Made by a program: the position numbers and the translations under genes | The notes under the pieces: generated by a model | Database searches by the model: none | Told to the model about the DNA's origin: nothing | What the model saw: only the letters and a program-made list of their open reading frames with translations | Shown here: one piece after another, positions 1 to 11,381 of the stretch | Numbering within the stretch: the first letter of the stretch is position 1 | Layout of the letters: each line of letters begins with the position of its first letter | Source of the DNA: Halocafeteria seosinensis | Lineage: Eukaryota | Length of the DNA stretch: 47,235 nucleotides | Direction: 5' to 3' | Assembly: GCA_001687465.1 (NCBI GenBank) | Contig: LVLI01000136.1 | Span: 1 to 47,235 of the forward strand

Positions 1-324
1 GAAGATCTGTTACACTGGTACCAAGGACAGCTAGGGAGGTATGAAACCATGGACGAGAATCAGAGAATCTTTTGTCGAATGGCCGACCAATTGGAGAATG
101 TTGTGAAACGGAGCCTGTCCGAATTCAATCGACAACATGAAATCACTCGGCAAGTTCTGTGGGATCGGCAACATATGCGCGAATTCAATAAAAGCGGAAG
201 AAAGGTCAGACCCTATGTGGAATTAACAAGGGAAGAAAAGGCTCGTTATCGAGAAATACTCAGCCGAAATAGGAAAGCTATTGCAATGGGGCAAAAAACA
301 GAATCATTGCTCGACCTGTTGTAA
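1..324 (+). CDS. 3' end of a hypothetical protein (frame open from window start), basic/helical C-terminus
   Basis: Frame is open from base 1 (EDLLHWYQGQLGRYETMDEN...) to TAA 322-324, which runs into an A18 tract (323-340). No family recognised. Confidence 0.45.
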   Translation, partial: EDLLHWYQGQLGRYETMDENQRIFCRMADQLENVVKRSLSEFNRQHEITRQVLWDRQHMREFNKSGRKVRPYVELTREEKARYREILSRNRKAIAMGQKTESLLDLL

Positions 325-496
325 AAAAAAAAAAAAAAAAGAGGAAAGGGCTTGGGCACTGTGGCTACTGCATGTACTCATGATAAAATAAAAGCGAGTA
401 CATACAGACCAGTGCGAACCAAGTTTCATAACGATCACTGCAGCGACCCGTAATAAGGCTGCAAATCATGCTAGGTGGCTCAGCCACGTAGTTAAA

Positions 497-1726
497 TTAT
501 AGATAGATAGAGGTGGCAACACCTCGTCCCATGTAGTTAGCAAACTTACATCGGACATAAATTTTCACAACCCTAACCCAGATCGTCTGCTGACTGCAGC
601 CGCACATGTTCAAACAGGTTAAGCGACCCAAAGGATTAAACGCTTCGCTGGTTATCGTTTTCTGGTGGCACCGCCCCATGTGCAGATGCGATTTCTGGGA
701 CATGTGCCGGAACGCCTGGTCTGTTATCGTTGGTTGGTAGCATCCCGTCATAATCAGTTTCGTCACGCGCGAGAGATGCCCAAACGCTGCATCCGTGATC
801 GCCCGCTGCGTACAGTCCGTCATGTTGAGCTCGGCGACGCGGGACAAATGTGTGAACGCCGCATCTGTAATGGTCGATTGGTTGCAGAATTCTATACTTA
901 ACTGGGACACGTTCGACAAATGCCGGAAAGCAGCGTCTGTAATGCCCGTCTGACGACAAGCCGCCATGTTCAGGCGAGCCACGCCGGACAGGTGTCGAAG
1001 CCCATCATCTGTGATGGTTCGTTGGCAGCAGCCGGTTATACACAAGAAAGAAAGCTCGGACAGATGTGCGAACGCGGCATCTGTCAGCGTTGTTTGGCTA
1101 CATAAGGACATGTTTAGGTCTGTAACGTGCGATAGGTGCTGAAATGCGACATCCGTAATCGTCTTTTGATGACACCGCCGCATGCTAAGACGGACAACAC
1201 GGGAAAGATGCTGGAAAGATGCATCCGTTATCTTTTCTTGAAAGCATCCTTCCATGTTCAGTTCTCGCACGTTCGACAAACATGCAATACCTGCGTCCGT
1301 GAGTCGCTGGCAGAACGAGATGTCCAAAGTTACACAGCGTTGCAAATGAACGCAAACGTGATCCCGGATCTTTGTCCCACCGACTTGTATGCGCGTACTC
1401 ATATAAACCGCCGTTCGACGCAGTGTGCACGCATCTAGGTCGGCGATGCAAGGCATAATGTCAACCCCTTTAAAGTTGGTCAGCTGTCCGATCGAACGCC
1501 ATGTTTTTACAACACGATATGTGCGTGGCCACGGGAGATCAGCCAAAACACGGCTGTTCTCCCGTAGAACGTGACCCCAGTAGTGGATGTTCTCAGCGAT
1601 GTCGCTCAGGTCTCCCCAAAAATCCACATCAAAGAAACCAGGGTGCAGATGGGAGCGCCGCGGACGGAACAGTGCGGAGGGAGACGCCTTGGGGCGTCGG
1701 TGATGATACTGGTACCAAGTTGGCAA
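497..1726 (-). CDS. Leucine-rich repeat protein (cysteine-containing, 24-aa repeats); start uncertain
   Basis: About 10 tandem 24-aa units, consensus TITDAAFxHLSxVxxLNMxxCxQx. The ORF track starts at TTG; the first in-frame ATG is at 1456. Confidence 0.85.
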   Translation of the reverse strand: MPTWYQYHHRRPKASPSALFRPRRSHLHPGFFDVDFWGDLSDIAENIHYWGHVLRENSRVLADLPWPRTYRVVKTWRSIGQLTNFKGVDIMPCIADLDACTLRRTAVYMSTRIQVGGTKIRDHVCVHLQRCVTLDISFCQRLTDAGIACLSNVRELNMEGCFQEKITDASFQHLSRVVRLSMRRCHQKTITDVAFQHLSHVTDLNMSLCSQTTLTDAAFAHLSELSFLCITGCCQRTITDDGLRHLSGVARLNMAACRQTGITDAAFRHLSNVSQLSIEFCNQSTITDAAFTHLSRVAELNMTDCTQRAITDAAFGHLSRVTKLIMTGCYQPTITDQAFRHMSQKSHLHMGRCHQKTITSEAFNPLGRLTCLNMCGCSQQTIWVRVVKIYVRCKFANYMGRGVATSIYL

Positions 1727-1895
1727 CTACCAACGAGCAAGATAAATAACCGCGACGCGTTCAGTCATATCTCTCTGTTTAGGCAAAAAAAGCATGAACC
1801 TCGTTCGGCGGCTGACCAATGAAGCCAGATCAAAACATAACATAATGCTTCATTTAAGCACACCACCGAGTTCTAACCCACTTGTTTAATGTATA

Positions 1896-2006
1896 TGTGT
1901 GTATGTGTGTGTGTGTGTTTTGCGGGAAGCCCGTGGGTTACAAATTCTTGAGGGTGCTTGTGGTGTTTGCACAATAGCCTTATCATCATCATCATCATCA
2001 TCATCA
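1896..2006. repeat. Microsatellites: interrupted (TG)n 1896-1918 and (ATC)8 1982-2005
   Basis: Read directly from the sequence. Confidence 0.9.
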
Positions 2007-2096
2007 CCGTCATTCTGTTCCGGTTCCGGGTTCCCTTCGATAACCTGTTGCAATCGCACAGGTATCATCTCAACCCATCCATCCAATGCGTGAGGC

Positions 2097-2778
2097 CTAA
2101 CCGAGAAAGAAGGAAGGATCGTTTCTCGCTTTCGCAAAGTGTTTGGTCGCTTTATTGGTTTGGAATGAACGCTTGTTGATTCGTTCAAACACCAAAAGGT
2201 TGCGCCGAAACCATGGGAATGAAGAGGCTTGCCGCAACCGTTGCGTGGTATCTGTCTGAAACCGGAGTCCTCTTTTTTCTAACTCGTGTATCTACTGATG
2301 CTCGGGGCGGCAGGCAACATGTCCGAGGCCAAACTGAAAGGGCGTGGCTCCCGAAAAGACCAGACATCGTTGCGTTTTGCTGGCCAAAATAGTAAACAAA
2401 GCAGAATGATGCTCACGGGCGATATGTTCACTCACCTCCACACATATGACGACGTCATATGCGCGTAGAAGACGTGGGTCGTCTGTCGTCCCATCCGACC
2501 TACAAACGTCCGCGTCAATGAGTTTCGAGCCGGGTTCGCCATGCCAAAACCGTTGCATCCGCACATCGGGCTCAATGCCATGCACAATTTCATACCCTGC
2601 TTTATTGAATGGCTTCAGATAAAGCCCACATCCACAGCCCACATCCAAAATGGTTCGATGGGGCCCTGATCGAAATTCGTACACCAATTGTTGACTGAGA
2701 GGCTCGTCACGCTCTGTGTCGATGTTCTGGAATGTCCCCTCTGATATCGGCGTATTGGTTCAACCATTGGTGCTCCAT
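2097..2778 (-). pseudogene. Class I SAM-dependent methyltransferase with premature stop (5' end uncertain, possibly frameshifted)
   Basis: Motif I ILDVGCGCG, then YDVVICVEVSEH and LVFSGATPFQFGLGHV. TAG at 2292-2294 is followed in frame by IHELEKRGLRF...PWFRRNLLVF, a plausible family C-terminus. Confidence 0.75.
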
Positions 2779-3412
2779 GGTGCTTGCGATGTGAACTTAC
2801 ACCGCTTGAACCTATCACAGGAAGTATGTATTTGCTCACTTCACTCAACATGCGAGTGATCACAACAACGACAACAATAAAAAAGCAGGGACGCTTTAAG
2901 TTTGACAAAAACAAGGCATTTCGATTCGATTCAATTCCGAGAAAAAATGTCTATGTATAAAAATTCGTCGTTTTCATCTCTTGTCTCGCAACGTACACAT
3001 CCCATTTTGTTGAATAAGGCATCGAACGGAAACGTCACGAACACATTCCTAGAACAATCCCAAAAAGCGTCCAAGCAGCACGTCATGACTCATAAGATCG
3101 CCCTAGTATTATTGGGAATTCACTTATGGACACTTCCCAAGTTATTGAATAAAACGTTGTGCCAACAGTACTCACGAACCAAAAAGATAACGGTACACCG
3201 ATATACAAGAACAGATCAATAGCATTCTTGGGTATCTTGGGTTGCTAGTGTATAGGGCGATTCGTATTTATCCAATGGTACAGGGGGTAAATGGAGCGCC
3301 TTCCAACTACAAAAACCAGGATACTGGTATTGCGAGCTAGGTCGCGAAATTGCCTCGCATTGCTCTCCTCTCGAAAAGTGAAAGCCAAAGACAGAGGGGC
3401 ATGTCTACAACA

Positions 3413-5698
3413 TCATTCATGGTCTTCTTCGTCATCAGTCTCCACCTCAAGGCTCGAGCGCTGCTGAACTACTCTGGGTGGTCGTTGTACTAGTAGGACT
3501 TTCATTACGGGTCTCTGGGGAGGTGGTGGAGACCCCGACTGCGTTGCCGTAGGGCTGGGAGAAGACGATGGGGTCGATGAAGGAGTAGCACTTGTAGAGC
3601 TAGCTGATGAGGGGCTTCTAGAACTTGTAGGCGTTTTCGTAGAAGACCTTGTTTCCGTTGAGGTTTTCGTCATTGTTTGTGATGGCGTTTTTGTGCTAGA
3701 CCTTGTCCCAGTGCTTGTCTTAGAAGTCGTTGGCGTACTGGAAGCCGTTATACTTGCAGTTTCTGCAGGTGTTGGACTTGGACTGGCACTTGGAGATGGC
3801 AATTGGAATCGCAGTATAGGCAAAGTATCGTTACCATTGATGAACCAGGTGTTGTCATCCCATCGCTGGATCCCATTGTGATGAAATAATTGACCTCGAA
3901 TTTTCGACAAGTCGTTTGAAGTCCCAGTTTCGTTGAGATGATTCCCATTTTTTTCGCCAACGATTTTTCCTTGGTCTTTCCCATTGTACACCGAATATTT
4001 GGTATGAACAGTGTGTCCTTGGAAATCGGATTCAATACTTCCTATAATTCCACCAGCATCTACGCGTTTCACAACACCAGATGCATATGTATTGGTAACA
4101 TGCACATCGCCAAAGTCCCCGCTTCCACCACAGCATCCTCCTGTATCTCCCCCTGTAATCCCTCCTGCGTGTCGGCCATCAATACCTCCTTGTGTATAGC
4201 AATCTATGATATTTACTTCAGCCTCATTCATCGCTGCATTATCTCCACATATTCCACCACCATTATCTGCCGATATTTGTCCAGTACTATAACATTCATG
4301 TATATGAATATATCCTTGATTGTTACCCGCACCAAAACCCACAATACCACCGCCATTGTCAGCCGTAATATCTCCTATGGAATAGGATTGCCTGATATAC
4401 ACCTTAGCATTCTCCTGACCGGCCATTTGCCCACAAATGCCCCCTGCATCATCTACTTCAATATTGCCCGTGGAGTAACAATTTGTTATATTGACTATCC
4501 CATCATTGTATCCCACTCGTTGTCCTGTGATACCACCTGCTCCCCGTTGGAGTCCCCAACCTATGCTCCCTGTCGAATACGAATTCAAAATCAGGATCTG
4601 TCCACCAATATTACCACTTTTGGAACCGCATATTCCTCCTGCGTTACTGCGGATATCTCCTGTGGAACTACAGGAATCAACGATAAAATATTTCTGTTCC
4701 CCCTGAACAATAAATCCACCCCTACCGGCAACTGTTCCATTCCTGATATGGACATTCTTAATCAAAGGGGCTTTAGCAAACGTTGTCACGTCACCATTAT
4801 GAACTGTGAATAACCCATCAAAACCACTAATACCACCTAAGTCAATGTAAGACGTTGTATCATCCGCTGTGCTGCCACCGTCGAAAATCTCATCCGCAAG
4901 TAGGGAGATAAAAGTATCTGATGCATATCCCTCAGTTTTCCAATGCAACACACTGCAATTCATCTCAAACAAATTCTTCCCCGGTATATAACGAAAGCAC
5001 CTTTGCCTCCGATTAATAATACTGTTTCGCAGATCACGCGAAGCAACCATCGGATGAACGAATAAAAATGTGGCGGCTGCAGTCAATACAGTCATTGATG
5101 GCGTATGGCGTCGAGGCAGGTCTTGAATGCTTTGTTTCCTGACATTGAGAGCAGTGGCTTTCCTCGGTCCATGCAGCGTATGCCTGCGTTGACCTTCCAC
5201 ACGCTTCGAATCGTTAGTCTCGTCGCCCCCGCTCTTCATTGACGGAAGAGCCAAAGTGCGGAGTGCCAGAGTTAAAGTAACCAGTATAAACAAGCGTACT
5301 CCGTTGACGTTTGCCCAACCGCAACAGACGTCGTGTGAACCACGAGTGACATTGCAGAGATCGTTTAGCGATTCCTCTGCCTCCAACGTGGCGGACAGTA
5401 TGGGGGATACCACATATGCCAGAATAAAGATTATGTGCCCGAAAACCATTGTCTCATGCGTTCTGCATCGCATAAAGAGGCGTGAAATTCGCATGCTGCA
5501 GGGTTCTGGTGCTGTGGTGACTGTTGCACTTGGCAGCGTAGTATTCGCAGCGAACAATTCCCGTCTATACACAATCTCCCCACGTCCCTGTATTTCCATT
5601 CCTCTTCCGTATTGACTCTTCGACGGAACGGAGCTCAGACCTAGGCATAGCCAGGGTTCAAAAACCGAAGACTGGTTGAAAGCAGATGCTTCCGTCAT
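3413..5698 (-). CDS. Secreted/surface protein with Gly/Cys-rich GLUG-like repeats and Ser/Thr/Pro mucin-like tail
   Basis: Repeated CYSTGxIxxxxAGGICG units followed by a long S/T/P tract. First in-frame ATG is at 5698; an alternative signal-peptide-like start MTVLTAAATFLFV is at 5095. Paralogous to 13854-17027. Confidence 0.8.
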   Translation of the reverse strand: MTEASAFNQSSVFEPWLCLGLSSVPSKSQYGRGMEIQGRGEIVYRRELFAANTTLPSATVTTAPEPCSMRISRLFMRCRTHETMVFGHIIFILAYVVSPILSATLEAEESLNDLCNVTRGSHDVCCGWANVNGVRLFILVTLTLALRTLALPSMKSGGDETNDSKRVEGQRRHTLHGPRKATALNVRKQSIQDLPRRHTPSMTVLTAAATFLFVHPMVASRDLRNSIINRRQRCFRYIPGKNLFEMNCSVLHWKTEGYASDTFISLLADEIFDGGSTADDTTSYIDLGGISGFDGLFTVHNGDVTTFAKAPLIKNVHIRNGTVAGRGGFIVQGEQKYFIVDSCSSTGDIRSNAGGICGSKSGNIGGQILILNSYSTGSIGWGLQRGAGGITGQRVGYNDGIVNITNCYSTGNIEVDDAGGICGQMAGQENAKVYIRQSYSIGDITADNGGGIVGFGAGNNQGYIHIHECYSTGQISADNGGGICGDNAAMNEAEVNIIDCYTQGGIDGRHAGGITGGDTGGCCGGSGDFGDVHVTNTYASGVVKRVDAGGIIGSIESDFQGHTVHTKYSVYNGKDQGKIVGEKNGNHLNETGTSNDLSKIRGQLFHHNGIQRWDDNTWFINGNDTLPILRFQLPSPSASPSPTPAETASITASSTPTTSKTSTGTRSSTKTPSQTMTKTSTETRSSTKTPTSSRSPSSASSTSATPSSTPSSSPSPTATQSGSPPPPQRPVMKVLLVQRPPRVVQQRSSLEVETDDEEDHE

Positions 5699-6081
5699 GC
5701 TGCTTGGAAGGCACGGACACGTAGGGTAAAGCAAATGGAGTACCTGTCTGTTTGATGGCTGGCGCTTTCTTTCGCTTGCACGAGTGCAGAGTCGTTCCTG
5801 TTTAACTATCCCGGAGCCGCGTGTAATTTGAAGCAAATCTTCCGCCACAGGTGGGGGAGGCCAAGGGGTCCCCCTTTGTCCGAACTGCCGCTTTGTCTCC
5901 CGCGACCACGATCTTTTTCGTGCAGCCTTCTAACAGCTTTTCTTGTTTGTATGGTTGTAGCTGAGTTGACAGTTCTGTTGTTGCACGAGAGTGCCACACG
6001 TAGACTCTATACTGATACTGAATAAAAGAGGGAAATCAGCACAACGTGTGGTGGCAGTAGCAAAAAACCAGGTCATCCAGC

Positions 6082-9000
6082 ATGCTGCGTCGAAGCTGTG
6101 GCAGTGCGAATCTGGCGCAGCAGCTATATAGCACTGCATTTTCTAGTAAATCCAAATTCCGGGGGCTTGCTTCTATCAATTCTGGACGGAGCATTGTCAG
6201 CGGCCAACCTTACTTCGGTGGACTCAGGGGTAATGGTCTCCAGAGTGCAGGGACACAAGGCTTCTTCTTCTTTCCTACCCCCATACCGGGGACAAGAATG
6301 ATAGTTACTCAGAACCTGACAACACCGTTGCGTGCGGCGTGCGATGCGTCATACTGGTATCGATCACTCGGACAAAGTTCCCATCTTTCATTGGATGCGT
6401 ATGTGGCGTCGTTCACTTCCAAAGCTGACGTGGAGAATGAGGGACATGGAAAGGAGTCAGTGGACCATCCCCCTTCAACATCGGGAGACAAGCGTAAGTG
6501 ACCGATTCATACTGTACTTTGTAATGGTTTGGTTTATTCAACGGGTACCACAGGCCACGAAGCACTACTCGAATGGGTAGAGCAAGCAGAAGAACTGCCA
6601 AAAGACGAGAAAGAGGCTTGTTTGCAGGAAATTAAGGAGGGGAATCTTGAATTCGGAAGAGCGCCATTCAACACGAAGGAGGACACACAGTCGTTTTTCA
6701 GAGCAATGCTCCAGAATGCTGACATAGGAAACTATGTAGGAGCAATTACGTTTGCAGAAAGCCAAAAGTATATGCCTATGGAATCCAGTACGGGTAAGGA
6801 CATTGTCACGGGACATGTTGCAGCCTTGCGTTCTCTACGCATAGTTTAACAATGTCTCAACCATTAGAACATGTATTGACGCGGTATGTGTTTGACTGCT
6901 TTTCAATGTTTTCTTTGCGCAGGTACGAATACTCCTGTTTTGACCACATCTTCATCGTTCGGTAAGTAAAATTGTGCGTGGATGTATGTAGGTTGCGTTG
7001 TACAACCGTCTGTGCATACATACAGCAAATTGGAAGAATTCTACGATTAGCCTGTCCGACGGTACCCGAATTACCCCGTATATTGATGCTTCCTTCCAGA
7101 ACCGAGAGGAGCAACTGGTGTCTCTTCGCAGAATGATTCAGAAAGCGAATGCAATGGTGACGGACAGGTTCTACGAGTTTCCGGCAGCTGCCCAAAGCTG
7201 GGGTACCGGCAAAACCCAACTCTTCACTCACGGGATTGCAGCGTATTTGTGCCACTCTCCTCCAAAGGATAAAGGTGGAAATATCCTTCCATTCATCCAC
7301 TGTTACTATGATTTGTCGAAGCTAGACGGATGGGAGGATTTACGCTCGGGTATGGAACGGAACATTTTCTGATACGCTCGAATATAATTCCTCATTTGTT
7401 GTTTTTGGGACACAGCCGAGAGAATAGTGATTGGATTAGTAGAATCGATTTCAAATTCACGAGTACCCTATATCGAAAGCGGTGAGGAGGTAACGGCACC
7501 GAACGTTCAATTTCGGAATTTGCTAAATGAAAAGGAAAAGGCCGATATCCGGAAGACTACTCTCGACCGTCTGGAGAAAGAGGGACTGTTAGACTTCCAG
7601 TATGATGTCACCAGTGGCGTTAGTGATAAAAAGTACGAGCATGATCAGAGGATCTTGAAGCTCTGTGGTGACGTAATTGGATCTGAGTTCTCAAGGGTGT
7701 TAAAGAATAAGTATGAGGCTTTCAGAGTGTTCCTCGTGTTTGATGAATTCGATAGCGTAGCTGGGACGAAGCATACGTCGGATGGCTATGTGAATCCAGG
7801 AGTTATTTACATGTGGTGGCATTGTGCTGTTGCACTTTCCCAGACTGTTGCATTGTCCCAGAATGGGGCGTTTCTCTCTTCAATCATAGGGAAACTTCCC
7901 GATCTCCTTAGGGTGTCCGAAGGTGGATACTTCCGGTCCGTTAGTGTGGCGACTCAGTCCCCAGATAATTCTGAGTTAAGACATGTGTATCTGAACACCT
8001 TGAATAGAACTCATATTGGCGAAATCATTCGGAAGGACGGACGCATTCCGCACGCTTTCCAAGAAAAGGCCGCTGTAGCTATTCACGCTATGACGGCTGG
8101 TGTTCCCCGCTTCGCATCGTGGGCTTTAAGTAAAATTACTGAGGCGTTCTCTAACAGATCTCTTGCGAATATTAATCCCCCTCTCGAGCATATCGGCTCG
8201 AGTAACCGGCTCGGGACATACGTTGTGGGAATAGCGAAGAGTCTCAAGGGCCAACCCGAGAGTTTTGTGGCGACTGCGATGGTTTGGTTGTTGGGGATAC
8301 GCAAAACCCCCGGTTGTTTACTGAGTGAAGAGGGCCAGTTCGCTCCTGAACCGGCTCGGGTTAATAGCATTGTGCGACGCGGTTTTCGTCCTTTTATCGA
8401 TTGGTGCCGATTTTTCAATTTTTACGTTGACTATAATGACGCGCAACCGTACATGCTTACCTTGAATTTTCCCCCTCTTCTGGCCTCCAAACTATGGAAT
8501 GAAGCAGAGGACCACTTAACTCCTTTGACCCAAAAAACGGAGGTAGAGAGGCAAGTGTACAAGGAGAGAGCACGTTTCGTTACCAAGTGCCTTATGTCGC
8601 TAGGAGATTCCCCCATTAGTGTTGGAAATGATTTTGATAATGATATGGACTCGTTGTTGCAATTGTGGGACCCTCAAGCAGAAACCTCATCTACAGCCCA
8701 GCCGGGGGAGGGGTACGATTTCGAACGAGCGCTGTTTCAACTGATGCATTTGAGGCTATTGGGTGAGAGTTTTCCTGATGAAAGCAGACATGTAGCTTCG
8801 GTATTGCCTATTCCTCTCTCTATAAGACGGAAAACAGGTCAAGGTTTACTGTATTCTCCTTGGGGTGTCCGTGTGATGCGACTGCCGCAATTTGTCATTG
8901 AGAACGAGGGGAATCAGGAGAGTCTCAATGAGGCGTTGCGCCTTTTATCACCTTCCCCTTTCCTAGCTCCTGGCGAGTCTATTCCTCGTGTGCATATAGA

Positions 9001-9805
9001 TCATTGGGATCGTATTTGGGGAGTAATTAAGGGGTACAAAAACGTGGTGTTGAAACCGGGTGATGGGTCTGTAGGTGCTGATTTCACTTTCTACTTGCCG
9101 CCGAACCTTTGGGCATACCAGGTGAAGCTGCTTAAAGAAGACTTATCGTTGGATCAACTTTTCAGTGAGTTTGAAAGGGCTTTACCTGAACGACTCCGTG
9201 AGGCTTCTAAGGGGGTTAATAAGATATTCGTAGTTGCCTCCAAGACCTTGCTACATAAGGACGTGGTGTCTACACATTTTGAGGAAGAATCCATTGGTTT
9301 CGTTATGAGGCCGGAGACGATAATTAAGCTTCAGCCAGACCTCGAAAATGTAGATGAGTGCACCATTGTGCTTCTTCGCGGGCCAGACTTACAAACGCTA
9401 AAAATGTGTGACGTAACGAGCGTCCAGACGGTTTTGTCTGATTTGTACTTCACGACGCTTGCTGCCAGAGAAGCTCACACGCTCACTGAATTCACAGCGG
9501 TCCATCAGCAGATGGTATCCCGCAAGACGTATCCGAAGCCGGTAGGTGGAACAAGACATATTCGTACATTACAGAGTTCTCAATTAGGTCCGAGTAACTA
9601 CTCGGCCAATCAATTAGTGACTGCATTCAAGAATGGCCTCATGGACGAGGCTCGTGTTCGTGAGGTACTGGAGGGGCGGCTCATGGATCTCGGGGGCAAT
9701 ATATATACTAATCGTGGAACGCGCAGAACCTTACCCGGTCTAGAGAAGGAAATACAGCGGAAAAAAAGACAAATCAAAGCACGTAAACCCGGCAACAAGC
9801 GTTGA
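6082..9805 (+). CDS. Five-exon P-loop NTPase + PD-(D/E)xK nuclease (Crinkler-like NTPase-REase) with mitochondrial-type N-terminus, ~1134 aa
   Basis: Exons 6082-6493, 6554-6793, 6923-6961, 7026-7349 and 7416-9805 are joined by GT-AG introns that all keep frame (3405 nt). Walker A AQSWGTGKT (7190-7216), Walker B FLVFDEFD (~7730-7753), nuclease-like GADF...YQVK (~9074-9127). Confidence 0.75.
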
Positions 9806-10346
9806 AACGTCACCTCTGTGGAGAGGTGTTGGTAGCTCCCTTGGTCCTTTTTCCGAAAGCGAGAGAGATCAGATTGGTTGGTTGGTACTTCCCAAGTAAG
9901 CCCCCCTTCGCCGAAGCAAGCAACCAAGCCTGGCAATACCTAGGTTGTTCTCCGCTCCGCTCCCCGGGGGGGGAGCGGAGAGGCCCGCGAATCCGCTCTC
10001 CGCGCATTTTTGCAGTATCTACAGAATACCGCGCGTTTTGAATGCCGAAATGAAGTCCAATTGCATCGCATTGTGTATTCGTTTTCACTACTTCCTACGT
10101 GTAGACTGCCTCTTCGGCATTCCAAAACGCATAAATGGTCAAGTATCACCCGCCATGTGCGAAATCAATTGATTTCGCAAAATGCCGATTTAAATATAAA
10201 AAAATAATATATAATCGAATTATAAATTAAAACTTTTTGCTTTTTTTTTTCAATTACTCGCTCTGTTCTCCTTACCTTCTTCAACACACACTAGATTATA
10301 TTTTAATTTACTGAAAGGGACAAAAATATATTAGTTCGTCCATCCC

Positions 10347-11190
10347 CCTGTTTTTCTCCTTGTTTGAGCTCTATACTTTCACATAATATTAGTCACTCCC
10401 TAAAGCCCATTTTACATTGAATAATTATATTTTTATTCAATTTAAATTCTTGCTCCCCTGCGAAATCAAGATAATATCCTTTAGGGAGCAAAAAATATTT
10501 TAATCTATGCCCTCTCCTACACAACAAACAAAAGTTCCCTGCTTTGTAGGAGAGCAAAAAGAGCAGAAATTTCTAACTTTTTTTTTATATAGACATAGAA
10601 AAAGAGTAGACTCTCTTCTTCTTTGTGTACATATAAATTTCTAAAATTTTTTGTTTTTTTTTGCTTTTTTTGCTCCATATAGTATATTATCCCTGTTCTG
10701 TCCGAGAGCAGAAAATTATTTCTTGCTTCTTTTCTGCTCTCCTTCCTCTTGTCCTGTTTTTCTCCTTGTTCAAGGTCTACACTTTTACATAATATTAGTC
10801 ACTCCCTAAAGCCCATTTTACATTGAATAATTATATTTTTATTCAATTTAAATTCTTGCTCCCCTGCGAAATCAAGATAATATCCTGTAAGGAGCAAAAA
10901 ATATTTTAATTTATGCCCTCTACTACACAACAAACAAAAATTCCCTGCTTTGTAGGAGAGCAAAAAGAGCAGAAATTTCTAACTTTTTTTTTATATAGAC
11001 ATAGAAAGAGAGTCTACTCTGTTCTTCTTTGTCTACATATAAATTTCTAAAATTTTTTGCTTTTTTTGCTTTTTTTGCTCCATCTAGTATATTATTCCTG
11101 TTCTGTCCGAGAGCAGAAAATTATTTCTTGCTCCGTTTCTGCTCTTTTCTGCTCTCCTTCCTCTTGTCCTGTTTTTCTCCTTGTTTGAGG
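10347..11190. repeat. AT-rich tandem repeat, two ~406-415 bp units plus the start of a third
   Basis: CCTGTTTTTCTCCTTGTT recurs at 10347, 10753 and 11168, and the intervening sequence is near-identical between units. Confidence 0.92.
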
Positions 11191-11381
11191 TCTGTTATAC
11201 AGTCGTTCATTTATAAAAGTAACACCCTTTTTTTGTTGAAGTGCGGAAACAATTGATTAAAAATAAAAGTAACATTTCTATTATTGTACTGATCTAGCCC
11301 GAATGGGATGAATATATATAGCATATCAGTATGTTTTGGACTAAAGAGAAACAGAGAAGCAAAAGTTTTGCCTCGATAGCT

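Noticed and set aside
3938..4813. 291-aa plus-strand ORF (also 26186-26704, 39902-40435 and 42896-43390)
   Set aside because: These lie antisense to well-supported genes and show no motifs of their own.
11029..11256. 75-aa Phe-rich ORF
   Set aside because: It lies in the T-rich tandem repeat, has a non-ATG start, and its composition follows from base bias.
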